A model generated the notes under the pieces. That model had not been told where the DNA came from and ran no database searches. It was given only the letters and a program-made list of their open reading frames with translations. Of a stretch of DNA of 64,000 nt, positions 34,792-44,768 are shown piece after piece (positions within the stretch are counted from its first letter, which is position 1; the number at the start of each line of letters is the position of its first letter). This stretch comes from Candidatus Ozemobacteraceae bacterium. Lineage in GTDB: Bacteria; Muiribacteriota; Ozemobacteria; Ozemobacterales; Ozemobacteraceae. The position numbers and the translations under genes were made by a program. The stretch spans positions 4,480,001-4,544,000 of the forward strand of contig OZ223236.1 of the NCBI GenBank assembly GCA_965140445.1. The letters run 5' to 3'.

Positions 34792-36624
34792 CTATTCTAC
34801 TGTTACTGACTTGGCAAGATTTCTTGGTTGGTCAACGTCCAACCCTCTAAGATCTGCAACGTAATATGAAAATAGCTGTAAAGGAACAACGTTAATAATT
34901 GGAGATAAAATTTCCGAAACTCTTGGCACCTCGATAACATCATCGGTGAGATGCCTGATTTCTTCGTCTCCTTCAGTTGCAATAGCGATTAATTTGCCTG
35001 ATCGCGCCTGGACTTCTTTTAAATTTGAAATAGTTTTATCATAAACATTTGACTCTGTTGCTAGTGCCATAACTGGCATATCATGATCAATAAGAGCAAT
35101 AGGACCGTGCTTCATCTCGCCAGCAGCATATGCTTCAGCATGAATATAGCTGATTTCCTTTAGTTTGAGCGCTCCCTCGAGAGCTGAAGGATAGTTTATA
35201 CCCCTTCCCAAAAACAGGAAACTTTTGGCATCAACATAATGTGATGCCAGTTTTTTTATTTGCTCGCATTTATCAAGGACTCTTTCAATCTGTTGTGGAA
35301 TGACTTTAAGTTCGCGAATCATTTCCATTACATACTCTGGAGTAAGAACCGATCTGATTTTTCCCAGCATCAAAGCCAGAAGGGTCAGAGCAGTAACCAT
35401 GGCTATATAAGCCTTTGTTGAAGCAACGCCAATCTCAGGACCAGCATGAATATAAACAAGCCCATCAACTTCACGCGTTAAAGACGACTCCTTAGCATTA
35501 ACGATTCCAAGAACCTTCGCCCCACGGCTTTTTGCTTCCCGAACAGCGGCAAGAGTGTCCGCTGTTTCTCCGGACTGACTAATGGCAATAACCAGGGTAT
35601 TCTGGTCAACCAAGGGAGATCTATATCTGAACTCACTTGCAAGATCACATTCAACCGGGATCTTCACAAGACTCTCAATTAGATATTTACCGACACATCC
35701 TGCATAAAAAGCGGTTCCACAAGCCACCACGACAATTCTCTGTGCCTTATAAATATCTGGCCCGGTCAAACCGAGCTCCTCCAGATAAATTTTACCCTCT
35801 TCCTCTGAAGTTCGACCCCCAATAGTATTTCTGATTACCTGAGGCTGTTCGAAAATCTCCTTAAGCATGAAATGACTGAACCCACCTTTTTCTGCTGCAA
35901 CCGGGTTCCAATCTACCTGAACTGGAGTTTTTTCCGTCGGATTGCCTTCCAGATCATAAAATTCAATTCCATCACGACTTACCGTTGCGGCTTCAAGGTT
36001 TTCCAGATAAACAACTTTTCTGGTATAAGAAAGAATCGCCGTAACGTCGGATGCAACGAAGTTTTCACCTGTGCCAAGACCAACGATCAGTGGACTCTCT
36101 TTTCTGGCACAAACGATGGCTTCAGGATGATCTCTATGGAGAACCGCGATAGCATAAGCGCCCTCCACTTCTTTCAGGGCATCAAGAACAGCTTTTTTAA
36201 GATCGCCTTCATAATGTGATTCGATCAGATGAGCAATAACCTCAGAATCTGTCTCAGAGACAAATTTGTGTCCCTCAGCTTCAAGACGCTTTTTAAGGCG
36301 CATGAAATTTTCAATGATTCCATTGTGGGCTACCATCAAAGAATTATCACAATCGCTATGCGGATGTGCGTTGAACGCAGATGGTCTACCATGTGTCGCC
36401 CACCTGGTGTGGCCAATTCCCACCGAAGATGTTGAACCAAAATCTTCCATGAGCATTGATTTTATATTTCTAAGCTTGCCAATATCCTTTTTTACATGGA
36501 TTTTGGCATCATCAATTACTGCGATTCCTGCTGAATCGTAGCCACGATATTCAAGTTTTGTTAACCCATCAAAAATAACTTCATTTGCTGCTTTATTCCC
36601 GATGTATCCTATGATTCCACACAT
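34792..36624 (-). CDS. glmS: Glutamine--fructose-6-phosphate aminotransferase
   Basis: MCGIIG, GHTRWATHG, SQSGETADT, PRNLAKSVTVE. Confidence 0.98.
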   Translation of the reverse strand: MCGIIGYIGNKAANEVIFDGLTKLEYRGYDSAGIAVIDDAKIHVKKDIGKLRNIKSMLMEDFGSTSSVGIGHTRWATHGRPSAFNAHPHSDCDNSLMVAHNGIIENFMRLKKRLEAEGHKFVSETDSEVIAHLIESHYEGDLKKAVLDALKEVEGAYAIAVLHRDHPEAIVCARKESPLIVGLGTGENFVASDVTAILSYTRKVVYLENLEAATVSRDGIEFYDLEGNPTEKTPVQVDWNPVAAEKGGFSHFMLKEIFEQPQVIRNTIGGRTSEEEGKIYLEELGLTGPDIYKAQRIVVVACGTAFYAGCVGKYLIESLVKIPVECDLASEFRYRSPLVDQNTLVIAISQSGETADTLAAVREAKSRGAKVLGIVNAKESSLTREVDGLVYIHAGPEIGVASTKAYIAMVTALTLLALMLGKIRSVLTPEYVMEMIRELKVIPQQIERVLDKCEQIKKLASHYVDAKSFLFLGRGINYPSALEGALKLKEISYIHAEAYAAGEMKHGPIALIDHDMPVMALATESNVYDKTISNLKEVQARSGKLIAIATEGDEEIRHLTDDVIEVPRVSEILSPIINVVPLQLFSYYVADLRGLDVDQPRNLAKSVTVE

Positions 36625-36649
36625 ATTAGTGAATCCTTTCGTTCAATGG

Positions 36650-38257
36650 TTAGAATTTTACTTTTCCTGATCTGTATTTACTGTTTTCACTACTATTTTC
36701 ATTTGGTTTGCTTGAGTTTGAACCGGATTCAGTTCCCCTCAAACTTTCTGCTAAATCGTTTGAAGCTTTTGCAAAGCTGGTGCCCGGGAATTGTTCAGCA
36801 ATCTCTTCATAGGCTTGAATGGCTTCAGAGGCATAGCCGTTATCTTTAAGAAAGTCCGCATACTGTTTATACGCCTTTGGCCTTCCCACTGATCTTTGGA
36901 TGTATTGAACAAAATACTGTCTTGCCTTGTCATTTTCCCCATCCTTAATGGCCATCTGAGCTCTTAAATAGCTGACCTGAGGATGTTTGAATTTTTTCTC
37001 CGCAAGATCAAGATGCTCCTGGGCATCTCCAAATGCTCCGCTTAATATCAGGCCTTCAGCCAAAGCCAGACGAGCCTCTACATTATCCGGATTTTCTTTC
37101 AATAAAGCTCCGGCAAGTTCCAGGCCTTTGGGGATATTAAAACTCTTAACCAGTGCCTGTGCTAAAAATGAACGATATTTAGTGTTAGTTGGAGAAATGG
37201 TGTTTGCGGCCTGAAGCTCGCCTACAGCATCCTCATATAGCTGGTTATCAACAAGAATTCTTGATTTCAGAAAGTGAGCTTCGGGATTTTTTGAGTCCTC
37301 ACTTAGGACTTTATTTACCATAGCAGTCGCATCCTGAGGGAATCCTCTGGAAAGCTTTATTTCTGCAAGTCCCATCATTCCTTCTGTAATTTGTGGATCC
37401 TTTTTCACAACTCTTTCAAATGCTTTTTCAGCTTCGTTCAACTTATTCTGAGACATATAGCTCTCAGCAAGATTTAGCATAGCAAATACATCTTCTTTTA
37501 TTTGAAGCGCTTTATTAAAAGTCTTTTCGGCATTTACAAAATCTTCCTGTTTCCGGTAAGAATCGCCAAGCAAAAAGCAGCTTTCAAAACTGTTCGGATC
37601 TATTTTAAGAGCTTTTTCAAAGAACTTTTCGGCTTTTGCGTAGTTTCCTGAGTTAAAATCAATAACTCCTAAATAATGATAGGCTTTGGCATTTTGAGGT
37701 TCCTTCTTTACTATTGCGTTAAGAAGGCTTGTTGCAGAGGCAAAGCGCTCCTCATCAATAGCATAAACAGCTTTTTCCAGGTCGGAAAGTTCTTTTTGAA
37801 CAGGATCTGGGGCCGGCTTTGAGCTCATTCTAGGTTTCTGCATCACATCCTTGGACTTGTATCCACCGATAGTTACTTCTTGAGGAATAGGAGCCACTCT
37901 GCGACTTTCTTCGCGTTTCTTTCGTTGATCGGCAAGAGCCTTTTCAATTTGTGTAATCAAACTGGCATATTGCTTTTGCCCCGGGTTCTTCTGAACAAGA
38001 ATTTTCGCATGTTTAAGAGCTAACTCCAAGTTACCGGAAGAAGTTAGACTATATATCAGATAATAACGGGCCTGATTATGATCTGGAGACATATCAACGA
38101 CTTGACCAAGGTAATCAGAAGCTCCTCTGTAATCCTTGGCAGCATAGAGTTTTAACCCCTGATCCAGTAACTGAGCAGTAAGATCCTGCCCATAGGTTGC
38201 ACCTGAGAGATTAAAAAGGGCAAGAATTGCCAATAGCAAAATCTGAGCTTTTTTCAT
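36650..38257 (-). CDS. Exported tetratricopeptide-repeat protein
   Basis: Signal peptide and many TPRs (AYHYLG...AEKFFEKALKIDP). Confidence 0.85.
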   Translation of the reverse strand: MKKAQILLLAILALFNLSGATYGQDLTAQLLDQGLKLYAAKDYRGASDYLGQVVDMSPDHNQARYYLIYSLTSSGNLELALKHAKILVQKNPGQKQYASLITQIEKALADQRKKREESRRVAPIPQEVTIGGYKSKDVMQKPRMSSKPAPDPVQKELSDLEKAVYAIDEERFASATSLLNAIVKKEPQNAKAYHYLGVIDFNSGNYAKAEKFFEKALKIDPNSFESCFLLGDSYRKQEDFVNAEKTFNKALQIKEDVFAMLNLAESYMSQNKLNEAEKAFERVVKKDPQITEGMMGLAEIKLSRGFPQDATAMVNKVLSEDSKNPEAHFLKSRILVDNQLYEDAVGELQAANTISPTNTKYRSFLAQALVKSFNIPKGLELAGALLKENPDNVEARLALAEGLILSGAFGDAQEHLDLAEKKFKHPQVSYLRAQMAIKDGENDKARQYFVQYIQRSVGRPKAYKQYADFLKDNGYASEAIQAYEEIAEQFPGTSFAKASNDLAESLRGTESGSNSSKPNENSSENSKYRSGKVKF

Positions 38258-38317
38258 TGTATCCTCCTTATAGATCCTGATCTAACGCAGGCGTCTGTAT
38301 ATAGGAACTCCTTAGCA

Positions 38318-38671
38318 TCAGCCTTCAAGAAGATCCATTCCTTCCTGACGATCAGCGACCTGATTCGCGATGAAAAAGAAACCAGACATTTCAAGCACTA
38401 CAGAGTGGTGTTTATCTAAGCCCCAAACCGCAAGCTGTCCAGCATAGTCATCAACAATTATACTACTTACATCAAGTAAGGCTGCTACACCAGGGCTACT
38501 AATTAATTTAATCTGAGAAAAATCAAAAGCAAAATTTGACTTCCCAGCATTCAAAAGTTCTTCAATGTGATCTTTTAACTTAGTTCCGCCTGAATCCTCA
38601 AGATATCCTTCTAAGAATACAATCTCTACAGATCCACTGGTCTCAGCTTTTAATGAAAACGGTTTATACAT
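38318..38671 (-). CDS. STAS-domain (anti-sigma-factor antagonist-like) protein
   Basis: FDFSQIKLISSPGVAALL; ATG 38671 with GGAGGG RBS. Confidence 0.8.
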   Translation of the reverse strand: MYKPFSLKAETSGSVEIVFLEGYLEDSGGTKLKDHIEELLNAGKSNFAFDFSQIKLISSPGVAALLDVSSIIVDDYAGQLAVWGLDKHHSVVLEMSGFFFIANQVADRQEGMDLLEG

Positions 38672-39019
38672 ACATCCCTCCGTGCAGACCAATATTAACC
38701 AAGTTACTTGTAATAATCAATGCTTTTTCATTTTGAACTAAAATAAAAAATGTGCCGTTTTAGCGACACATTGAAAGGGAGTTAGGGATTTGGTTGTCCA
38801 TTCACGAAAAGTTTCACCTTAAAGTTAAAGTTAAACTTCACATGAACTTCAAAAAACATATCGTCGAAAATAATTGGAAACATTAGCTTTTTTTTAAAAA
38901 AAATTTAATTTTTTTTTATCTCAAATTCGAAAGAAAATTGGACGATAGAAAATTTACGAAACAATTTTGATTTAAAAAAAAATAAAAAATAGAGCAAATT
39001 ACCCGGAGGTAAGCCCGTA

Positions 39020-39244
39020 ATGAAAAATGAAAGCCTCATGACAATCCCCGAATTGATGGATTTCCTGCAGGTTAAAAGGAATACCATTTACACTCTTAGA
39101 AGAATGGGTTTACCAACAGTTAAGATTGGGCGATCTGTCAGGTTCAAAGCGGATAGCGTATTAAAATGGTTAAGCCATCTGGAAGAAAGTAGTCACACAG
39201 AACGTCCAACTTACCTTAATCAGGATAATTCTCACCTACTATAA
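39020..39244 (+). CDS. Excisionase-like helix-turn-helix protein (HTH_17)
   Basis: LMTIPELMDFLQVKRNTIY...LPTVKIGRSVRF; GGAGG RBS. Confidence 0.85.
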   Translation: MKNESLMTIPELMDFLQVKRNTIYTLRRMGLPTVKIGRSVRFKADSVLKWLSHLEESSHTERPTYLNQDNSHLL

Positions 39245-39249
39245 AAATC

Positions 39250-39399
39250 ATGAACGAATCAGCACAAGAAATATTCTATCTTTTATGCTTCTCTGTAGGA
39301 ACAGGCTTTTTGTTTAGCAAAACGATTTTCTCATTGTTAAACATGTGGCAAGAAGAAGCGGCGATGAAAAACAATATGAACAGGCGATTACGCCCATAA
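39250..39399 (+). CDS. 49-aa single-pass membrane small protein (not in the ORF track)
   Basis: MNESAQEIFYLLCFSVGTGFLFSKTIFSLLNMWQEEAAMKNNMNRRLRP; starts 5 nt after the HTH stop and ends before a terminator. Confidence 0.55.
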   Translation: MNESAQEIFYLLCFSVGTGFLFSKTIFSLLNMWQEEAAMKNNMNRRLRP

Positions 39400-39429
39400 A
39401 TTAGATACCTTTAAATTCAACGAAAAGCT

Positions 39430-39470
39430 AACAAAGCGCTCAAATTAGATGTTCATTTGAGCGCTTTGTT
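39430..39470. terminator. Bidirectional terminator hairpin
   Basis: 16-bp perfect stem AACAAAGCGCTCAAAT/ATTTGAGCGCTTTGTT between convergent genes. Confidence 0.8.
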
Positions 39471-39507
39471 GTTTTAAAAAGCTCTAGCCTGGTTTCTGTT
39501 TTACAAG

Positions 39508-41547
39508 TTATTTATACAAACGGTCGTAATTCCAGCAGCTCCCCATAACCTTTTTATAGTAGTCACGTGTTTCTGGAAGCGGGATTCGATCAAGGCGCTC
39601 AAAAACAGGTAGATGAGAATGTGGACCTTTTTCCACTTTTCTTAATACATTTCCTTGCCCACCATTATAAGATGCACTGGCAAGATGCAAATCACCCTTG
39701 AACATATCTGACAGGTATTTTAAATACCAGCATCCAAACTTAATGTTAGTTTCAGGGTCCCAAAGAGAGTTCTGCCTGAATCTCTTCACATTCAGTTTTT
39801 GAGCAATCCACTTTCCGGTTGATGGCAGAATCTGCATCAATCCCATAGCATTACTTCTTGATAGAGTCTTAGGATTAAAATGGCTTTCCTCTCGCATAAT
39901 AGAAAGAATCCAATGAGGAGAAATTGAGTATTTAGATGATTGTGACTTTACCTGCTTCCAGAATGCTCTTGGGTAAAAAGCCCTCCATCCCCAATCAGGC
40001 ATATCTGAAGCACCCTTTCCGTTTTCGAGCAAACGCCTTAACAAACGTTCACCATAAGCAGAAAGCAAGTTGTAGTCATTTGCTTCTTCTGCGATAGAGA
40101 TAACTGTTTTAAACAGGCTTAAATCTAACGGGTCCTTGTTAGTAAGTTTTCGCATTTCTTCACTTGCGATACTCGAGAACCCGCTGTTCATTAAGATTTT
40201 CCACACTTTTGTTCTGTTTCTAATTTTTCGAGAAGCTTTTTTTACTTTGCTACTACCAAATTTCATTGGAGAGCTAATTTCTTTTGGTGAAATCCAGCTT
40301 ATGAAGAACGAATTAGCATACTTGCTTTTTAGTATTTTAAAGAGTGCTTTTCCTTCCTTTGTCTGTGATCCGAGCGCCATAATAGAGTAACCAATTGCAT
40401 CGTCAGCCCTGTAATGCCATGGAAATTTCCTGGATAAGGCCATAAAAAAAGGAACTGAATCTAGTTTTTTTCCAGCATCATAAAGCTCTAACGCCATGTC
40501 ATAAACGTGTCCAGGGAGCAATCCTTCGGGATTTTTTGTTTTGGAAAGCCTGTTAACAAGCTCGAGCGATTCTGACAGCTTTCCAACTTTAAAGGTAGCT
40601 CTCATCAATCTATATTCAGCAGCTCTTCGATCTACAGGAAAAACAGGATTTTGCAAAACCTTTCGATAATCAGACACTGCATCAGAATATTTTAAAGCAA
40701 AGTAATTTATATCACCGCGAACTTGAAAAGCGTAGCTCTTAAGCGCTGGATGACTTAGTTTTCGCTTAACCAGAGAATTTAAAATTGAAATAGCACGATC
40801 GTTTTTCTTCTGAGAATTCAAATACTTTGCTTCAAAGACAGTTATAGCATCATTTCCCCATGCTCCAAGTTTTCTGGAGAATAAAGTTTTTTTTGCAAAA
40901 ACTTCTTTTCCCAGTCCTTCGTCAATGGCTAGTTTCAAAATCTCAAACCACTCATCACCTGTAAAAAGAAAGGTTTCATTTTTTGAAATAATTACTTTAA
41001 GTAGAGGAACAGCTTCAGGAGACCCTCTGTAAAATGGTTTTTCGGATGCATATTCTCTTAATGCAGATAATGCCATTCTACTTTTTTGAGTTTCAGCCAA
41101 ATCCTTAATTTCAAGAAGTTTTTCAAAAGCTTTCCCTCTTTGCCAGGAAGTTGGAAGGGTTTTAGCTAAGCCCTGAAAACGTCTCACGTCTTTATTTGTT
41201 GCCGACTCTACCATTAAAACAAAATGGGTAAATCTTGCCATGGCAGCAACTTCTGTTTCTGGGAATTTTTTCATTAATTCGCCATAAGATTTTATCGCAC
41301 CGACTTTATCTCCTGTTGCTTTTAAACATTCAGCAGTTAAAAACAAATGCAGCTCTTTTAGATCTCCAGGAGATAATTTTTTCATTTTTTTCAAAAGCGC
41401 ATCAAACTTTTTGGCTTCGTATAGTTTGTAAATGCTTCCAAGTTCTTTTTGCAAATAATTCTTAGCCGCCCAAACAGGACTTTGAAAAAATAAAACAAAA
41501 AACATTAAAAACATTAAAAGGCAGCCACTAATTTTCTTAAAAGACAT
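39508..41547 (-). CDS. slt: Slt70-like soluble lytic transglycosylase
   Basis: Signal peptide, helical repeats, IMREES, AMGLMQI, ASYNGG, ETRDY. Confidence 0.85.
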   Translation of the reverse strand: MSFKKISGCLLMFLMFFVLFFQSPVWAAKNYLQKELGSIYKLYEAKKFDALLKKMKKLSPGDLKELHLFLTAECLKATGDKVGAIKSYGELMKKFPETEVAAMARFTHFVLMVESATNKDVRRFQGLAKTLPTSWQRGKAFEKLLEIKDLAETQKSRMALSALREYASEKPFYRGSPEAVPLLKVIISKNETFLFTGDEWFEILKLAIDEGLGKEVFAKKTLFSRKLGAWGNDAITVFEAKYLNSQKKNDRAISILNSLVKRKLSHPALKSYAFQVRGDINYFALKYSDAVSDYRKVLQNPVFPVDRRAAEYRLMRATFKVGKLSESLELVNRLSKTKNPEGLLPGHVYDMALELYDAGKKLDSVPFFMALSRKFPWHYRADDAIGYSIMALGSQTKEGKALFKILKSKYANSFFISWISPKEISSPMKFGSSKVKKASRKIRNRTKVWKILMNSGFSSIASEEMRKLTNKDPLDLSLFKTVISIAEEANDYNLLSAYGERLLRRLLENGKGASDMPDWGWRAFYPRAFWKQVKSQSSKYSISPHWILSIMREESHFNPKTLSRSNAMGLMQILPSTGKWIAQKLNVKRFRQNSLWDPETNIKFGCWYLKYLSDMFKGDLHLASASYNGGQGNVLRKVEKGPHSHLPVFERLDRIPLPETRDYYKKVMGSCWNYDRLYK

Positions 41548-41653
41548 TTTTTTCTCCAGAGAATTCAATATTCAACCATATCCAATTATCTAAAAAGCTA
41601 TTAATTTTCAAGGTAAAAGCTATATTTTTTTTTAAACCATCTCACAGTTTCAA

Positions 41654-41682
41654 TTGCATTTCTATTATTTTTCCTGTATAAA
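41654..41682 (+). promoter_or_regulatory. Sigma70 promoter for the EF-G paralog
   Basis: TTGCAT-17 nt-TATAAA. Confidence 0.55.
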
Positions 41683-41734
41683 TACCAAAAACACATAGCT
41701 ATACCCCTTTTAGTTAGTATCTGAGGAGAAGAAT

Positions 41735-43813
41735 ATGAAAATTTATACTACCGACAAAATTCGCAATTTAGGCCTCGTTGGTCACGGCGGATCCGGAAAA
41801 ACCTCACTGGCTGAAGCCATGCTTTTCCACACTGGAGCCAACTCGCGAATAGGCAAAGTTGATGATGACTCATCAATGATGAACTACGATGCAGAAGAGC
41901 AAAAGAGAAAAGCCTCTGTGGCAACTTCACTCGCAGCACTAGAATGGAAAGATGTTAAAATCAATCTTCTTGATGCTCCTGGGGTTGACGATTTTCTTGG
42001 TGAAGTTTTTAAAATTGTTGGAGCAATTGAAACTGCTATAGTTGCAGTTAACGCTTCTTCACCTGTAGAAGTTGGTTTTGAAAAGAACTGGAAAATAATG
42101 GAAGATAACAAGGTTGGAAGAATCGTTTATCTTACCAAACTTGATAAAGAAAACATCAACCTTGAAAAGGTTTTTTCTGAATTAAAAGATTTTGACTCAA
42201 AAATTACTCCTGTTATCATCCCTTGGGGAACTCATGAAAACCTTAAAGGCGTAATTGATCTTATCAACATGAAAGCTTATGCTTACAATGATGATAAAGG
42301 CAAAGACATCAAAGAACAGGACATACCTGCAGATCAGATGCCATTAGTTGAATCTCTCAGAGAATCAATGGTTGAATCAATTGTTGAATGTGACGAGCCA
42401 TTAATGGAAAAATTCTTCGAAGGCGAAGAAATTAGCCCTGCAGAATTGAAAGCTGCAATTAAAAAAGGTCTTGCCAACAACGAAATCAAGCCTCTTCTAA
42501 GTGGCATGTCACTTAAAAACATCGGAACAGAAAATCTTCTTAACTTCATAGCAGAATGCGCCCCAAGTCCACTTGATTGTTCAAAAGTCACTGGCAAAAC
42601 AGGCGATACTGATGAAGCAATCAAAGTTAATCCAGATGGAAAAACCATTGGATTTATTTTTAAGAAAATTAACGAACAAGTTGGAGATATGATTTTCCTC
42701 AAATGTCTCAGCGGCTCGTTTGTATCTGGAACGGAATACCTCAATCCTGCGGTAGAAAACTTTGAAAGATTCAGTTCTTTTGCAACTCTTCGTGGCAAAA
42801 ACAAAATTGACATGGAAAAAGTTGTTGCCGGAGACATCGCGGTTCTTGTTAAACCTAAATATTCTACTCACGGACATACGCTTTGCGATAAAAACGGAAC
42901 CACAGTAGTAAACGTTCCTACTCTTCCAGAACCAAAATTAACTTTTGCAGTTAATCCAAAAACTAAACAGGATCAGGAAAAAATGGGAAGCGGTCTTCAT
43001 ACACTCTGTGCAGACGACGGCGTTCTTTCTTACAAATTTGATCCAGAATTAAGCCAGGGTCTCCTTTCTGGACTTGGCGATACTCACATTGATGTTGCTA
43101 TTTCAAGATTGAAATCCAGATGGAACGTTGAAGTTGATATTCTCAAGCCAAAAGTTCCTTACAGAGAAACAATCAAAGGCAAATCAAGAGTTCAGGGTAA
43201 ACACAAGAAACAATCCGGTGGACGTGGTCAGTATGGTGATGTTTTCATTCGTTTCGAACCACTTCAGGGTGCTGAATTTGAATTTGTAGATGAAATCGTT
43301 GGCGGCGTTGTTCCAAAGAACTTTATCCCAGCCGTTGAAAAAGGCCTCCAGGAATCCAGATTAAAAGGCGTTCTTGCTGGTTTCAAAACTATCGGTTTTA
43401 AAGCAACGATCGACTTCGGTTCTTATCATGATGTTGACTCATCAGAAATGGCATTCAAAGTTGCAGCCAGCCTTGCCTTCAAAAAAGGCATCATGGAAGC
43501 AAAACCAGTTCTTCTTGAACCAATTTATGAAGTTGCTGTTACAGTTCCAGATGAGTACATGGGTTCAATTATCGGTGATTTAAACTCAAGACGTGGAAGA
43601 ATCCTCGGCATGGAACCACAAGAAGGTGGACAACAGCTTGTTAAAGCTCACGTTCCACTTGCAGAAATGTATAAATATGCAACCGATCTCAAATCAATGA
43701 CTCAGTCAAGAGCAGATTACGTTATGAACTTCAGCTCTTACGAAGAAGTTCCTGGCAACGTAACCGAAGATGTAATTAAAGAATATAAACGAGAAGACGA
43801 AGCGGAAGCTTAG
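41735..43813 (+). CDS. fusA: Elongation factor G paralog (EF-G2 type)
   Basis: GHGGSGKTSL, KKQSGGRGQYG, GSYHDVDSSEMAF; stand-alone gene; divergent G2 and G3 motifs. Confidence 0.9.
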   Translation: MKIYTTDKIRNLGLVGHGGSGKTSLAEAMLFHTGANSRIGKVDDDSSMMNYDAEEQKRKASVATSLAALEWKDVKINLLDAPGVDDFLGEVFKIVGAIETAIVAVNASSPVEVGFEKNWKIMEDNKVGRIVYLTKLDKENINLEKVFSELKDFDSKITPVIIPWGTHENLKGVIDLINMKAYAYNDDKGKDIKEQDIPADQMPLVESLRESMVESIVECDEPLMEKFFEGEEISPAELKAAIKKGLANNEIKPLLSGMSLKNIGTENLLNFIAECAPSPLDCSKVTGKTGDTDEAIKVNPDGKTIGFIFKKINEQVGDMIFLKCLSGSFVSGTEYLNPAVENFERFSSFATLRGKNKIDMEKVVAGDIAVLVKPKYSTHGHTLCDKNGTTVVNVPTLPEPKLTFAVNPKTKQDQEKMGSGLHTLCADDGVLSYKFDPELSQGLLSGLGDTHIDVAISRLKSRWNVEVDILKPKVPYRETIKGKSRVQGKHKKQSGGRGQYGDVFIRFEPLQGAEFEFVDEIVGGVVPKNFIPAVEKGLQESRLKGVLAGFKTIGFKATIDFGSYHDVDSSEMAFKVAASLAFKKGIMEAKPVLLEPIYEVAVTVPDEYMGSIIGDLNSRRGRILGMEPQEGGQQLVKAHVPLAEMYKYATDLKSMTQSRADYVMNFSSYEEVPGNVTEDVIKEYKREDEAEA

Positions 43814-43825
43814 TTTCACTATAGG

Positions 43826-43854
43826 AAAGCCCGGAGAAATCCGGGCTTTTTTTT
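43826..43854 (+). terminator. Intrinsic terminator
   Basis: AAAGCCCGGA-GAAA-TCCGGGCTTT plus T tract. Confidence 0.9.
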
Positions 43855-43903
43855 ATTCCTGTTTTGCGATATTGTTAGTTAGCATTCAACCGGGAGAGAA
43901 TTT

Positions 43904-44659
43904 ATGTCCACTGAAAATAGTCTAGAGAAGCAGTATCTATTGACTCCTGACATTAAAATTAGTTCAGTTGAGTTAGATCTTTTGAAATCCGCTTTATTAA
44001 AAGGAATTAGTAACAATTCAGAAGTTCCATTATCAGACATCGCGGTTCTTTTGCTTGCTAACTTACAAGACGCCATAAAAAATAAAGTTAATTCCAGAAA
44101 CATAGATTTCGATTTGAATCAATCACTTCCGACTTCTGAAAAAGATGATTTTAAAGCCGCCATTATAAAGGGCATGTTTATAACATTTTTAGAAAACGAA
44201 CATTCTTTACCAGGTTTTCTTAAAATTTGCGGAGGAATTGGGGCAACCAGTTTTGGCATCGGCTCTTTGAAATTTTCATCTCTTAAAACAAGCTTAAGTA
44301 AAAATGAAATGATTATCCCGGACTTAATAAAAGATGAAGTAAAAAAGTATCAAATCACACACCTGCAGAAGTGCATTTCAGAAAACTACGTCACAGATTT
44401 TTCAGACATTAGAAGAGGTTTACTGTGCGCCCTTTTATCTGGAGCTTTAATTCCAATTTACTTGATGGCCATTTGCAAAGTCGAAAATATTTCATCCCCC
44501 ACAGAGCACCAGGTGCAAAAAGCACAGGAGATTGTATTGCAAAAATTCAACTCCGGTTCACCAGGTGTAACAAAATTATTCTCTCAAAGCCTTTTTGCAA
44601 CGATGTTTGACACATTGTTTTCCCATTCGTCTACTGTGCACTCAATTTTTTCAAACTAA
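43904..44659 (+). CDS. Hypothetical protein
   Basis: 251-aa ORF with GGGAG RBS; no family recognised. Confidence 0.65.
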   Translation: MSTENSLEKQYLLTPDIKISSVELDLLKSALLKGISNNSEVPLSDIAVLLLANLQDAIKNKVNSRNIDFDLNQSLPTSEKDDFKAAIIKGMFITFLENEHSLPGFLKICGGIGATSFGIGSLKFSSLKTSLSKNEMIIPDLIKDEVKKYQITHLQKCISENYVTDFSDIRRGLLCALLSGALIPIYLMAICKVENISSPTEHQVQKAQEIVLQKFNSGSPGVTKLFSQSLFATMFDTLFSHSSTVHSIFSN

Positions 44660-44698
44660 TCCAAGTTTAATACACCGTATTTTTGTCAGAATAGGGTG

Positions 44699-44728
44699 TT
44701 GACAGACCCATTCAATAAAGTAGATAAT
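44699..44728 (+). promoter_or_regulatory. Possible sigma70 promoter
   Basis: TTGACA-18 nt-GATAAT. Confidence 0.5.
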
Positions 44729-44768
44729 ACCAAAGTCCAAGTAATTATTGTATGGGGGAATTAGTTGT

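Noticed and set aside
36625..36649. glmS ribozyme upstream of glmS
   Set aside because: Only 25 nt separate glmS from the upstream TPR gene; no room for it
38808..38850. AAAGTT tandem repeats in the STAS/HTH intergenic region
   Set aside because: Three short imperfect copies in AT-rich DNA; not distinguishable from chance and not CRISPR-like
39020..39244. Prophage or integrative element suggested by the excisionase-like gene
   Set aside because: No integrase, tRNA, att repeat or phage genes nearby
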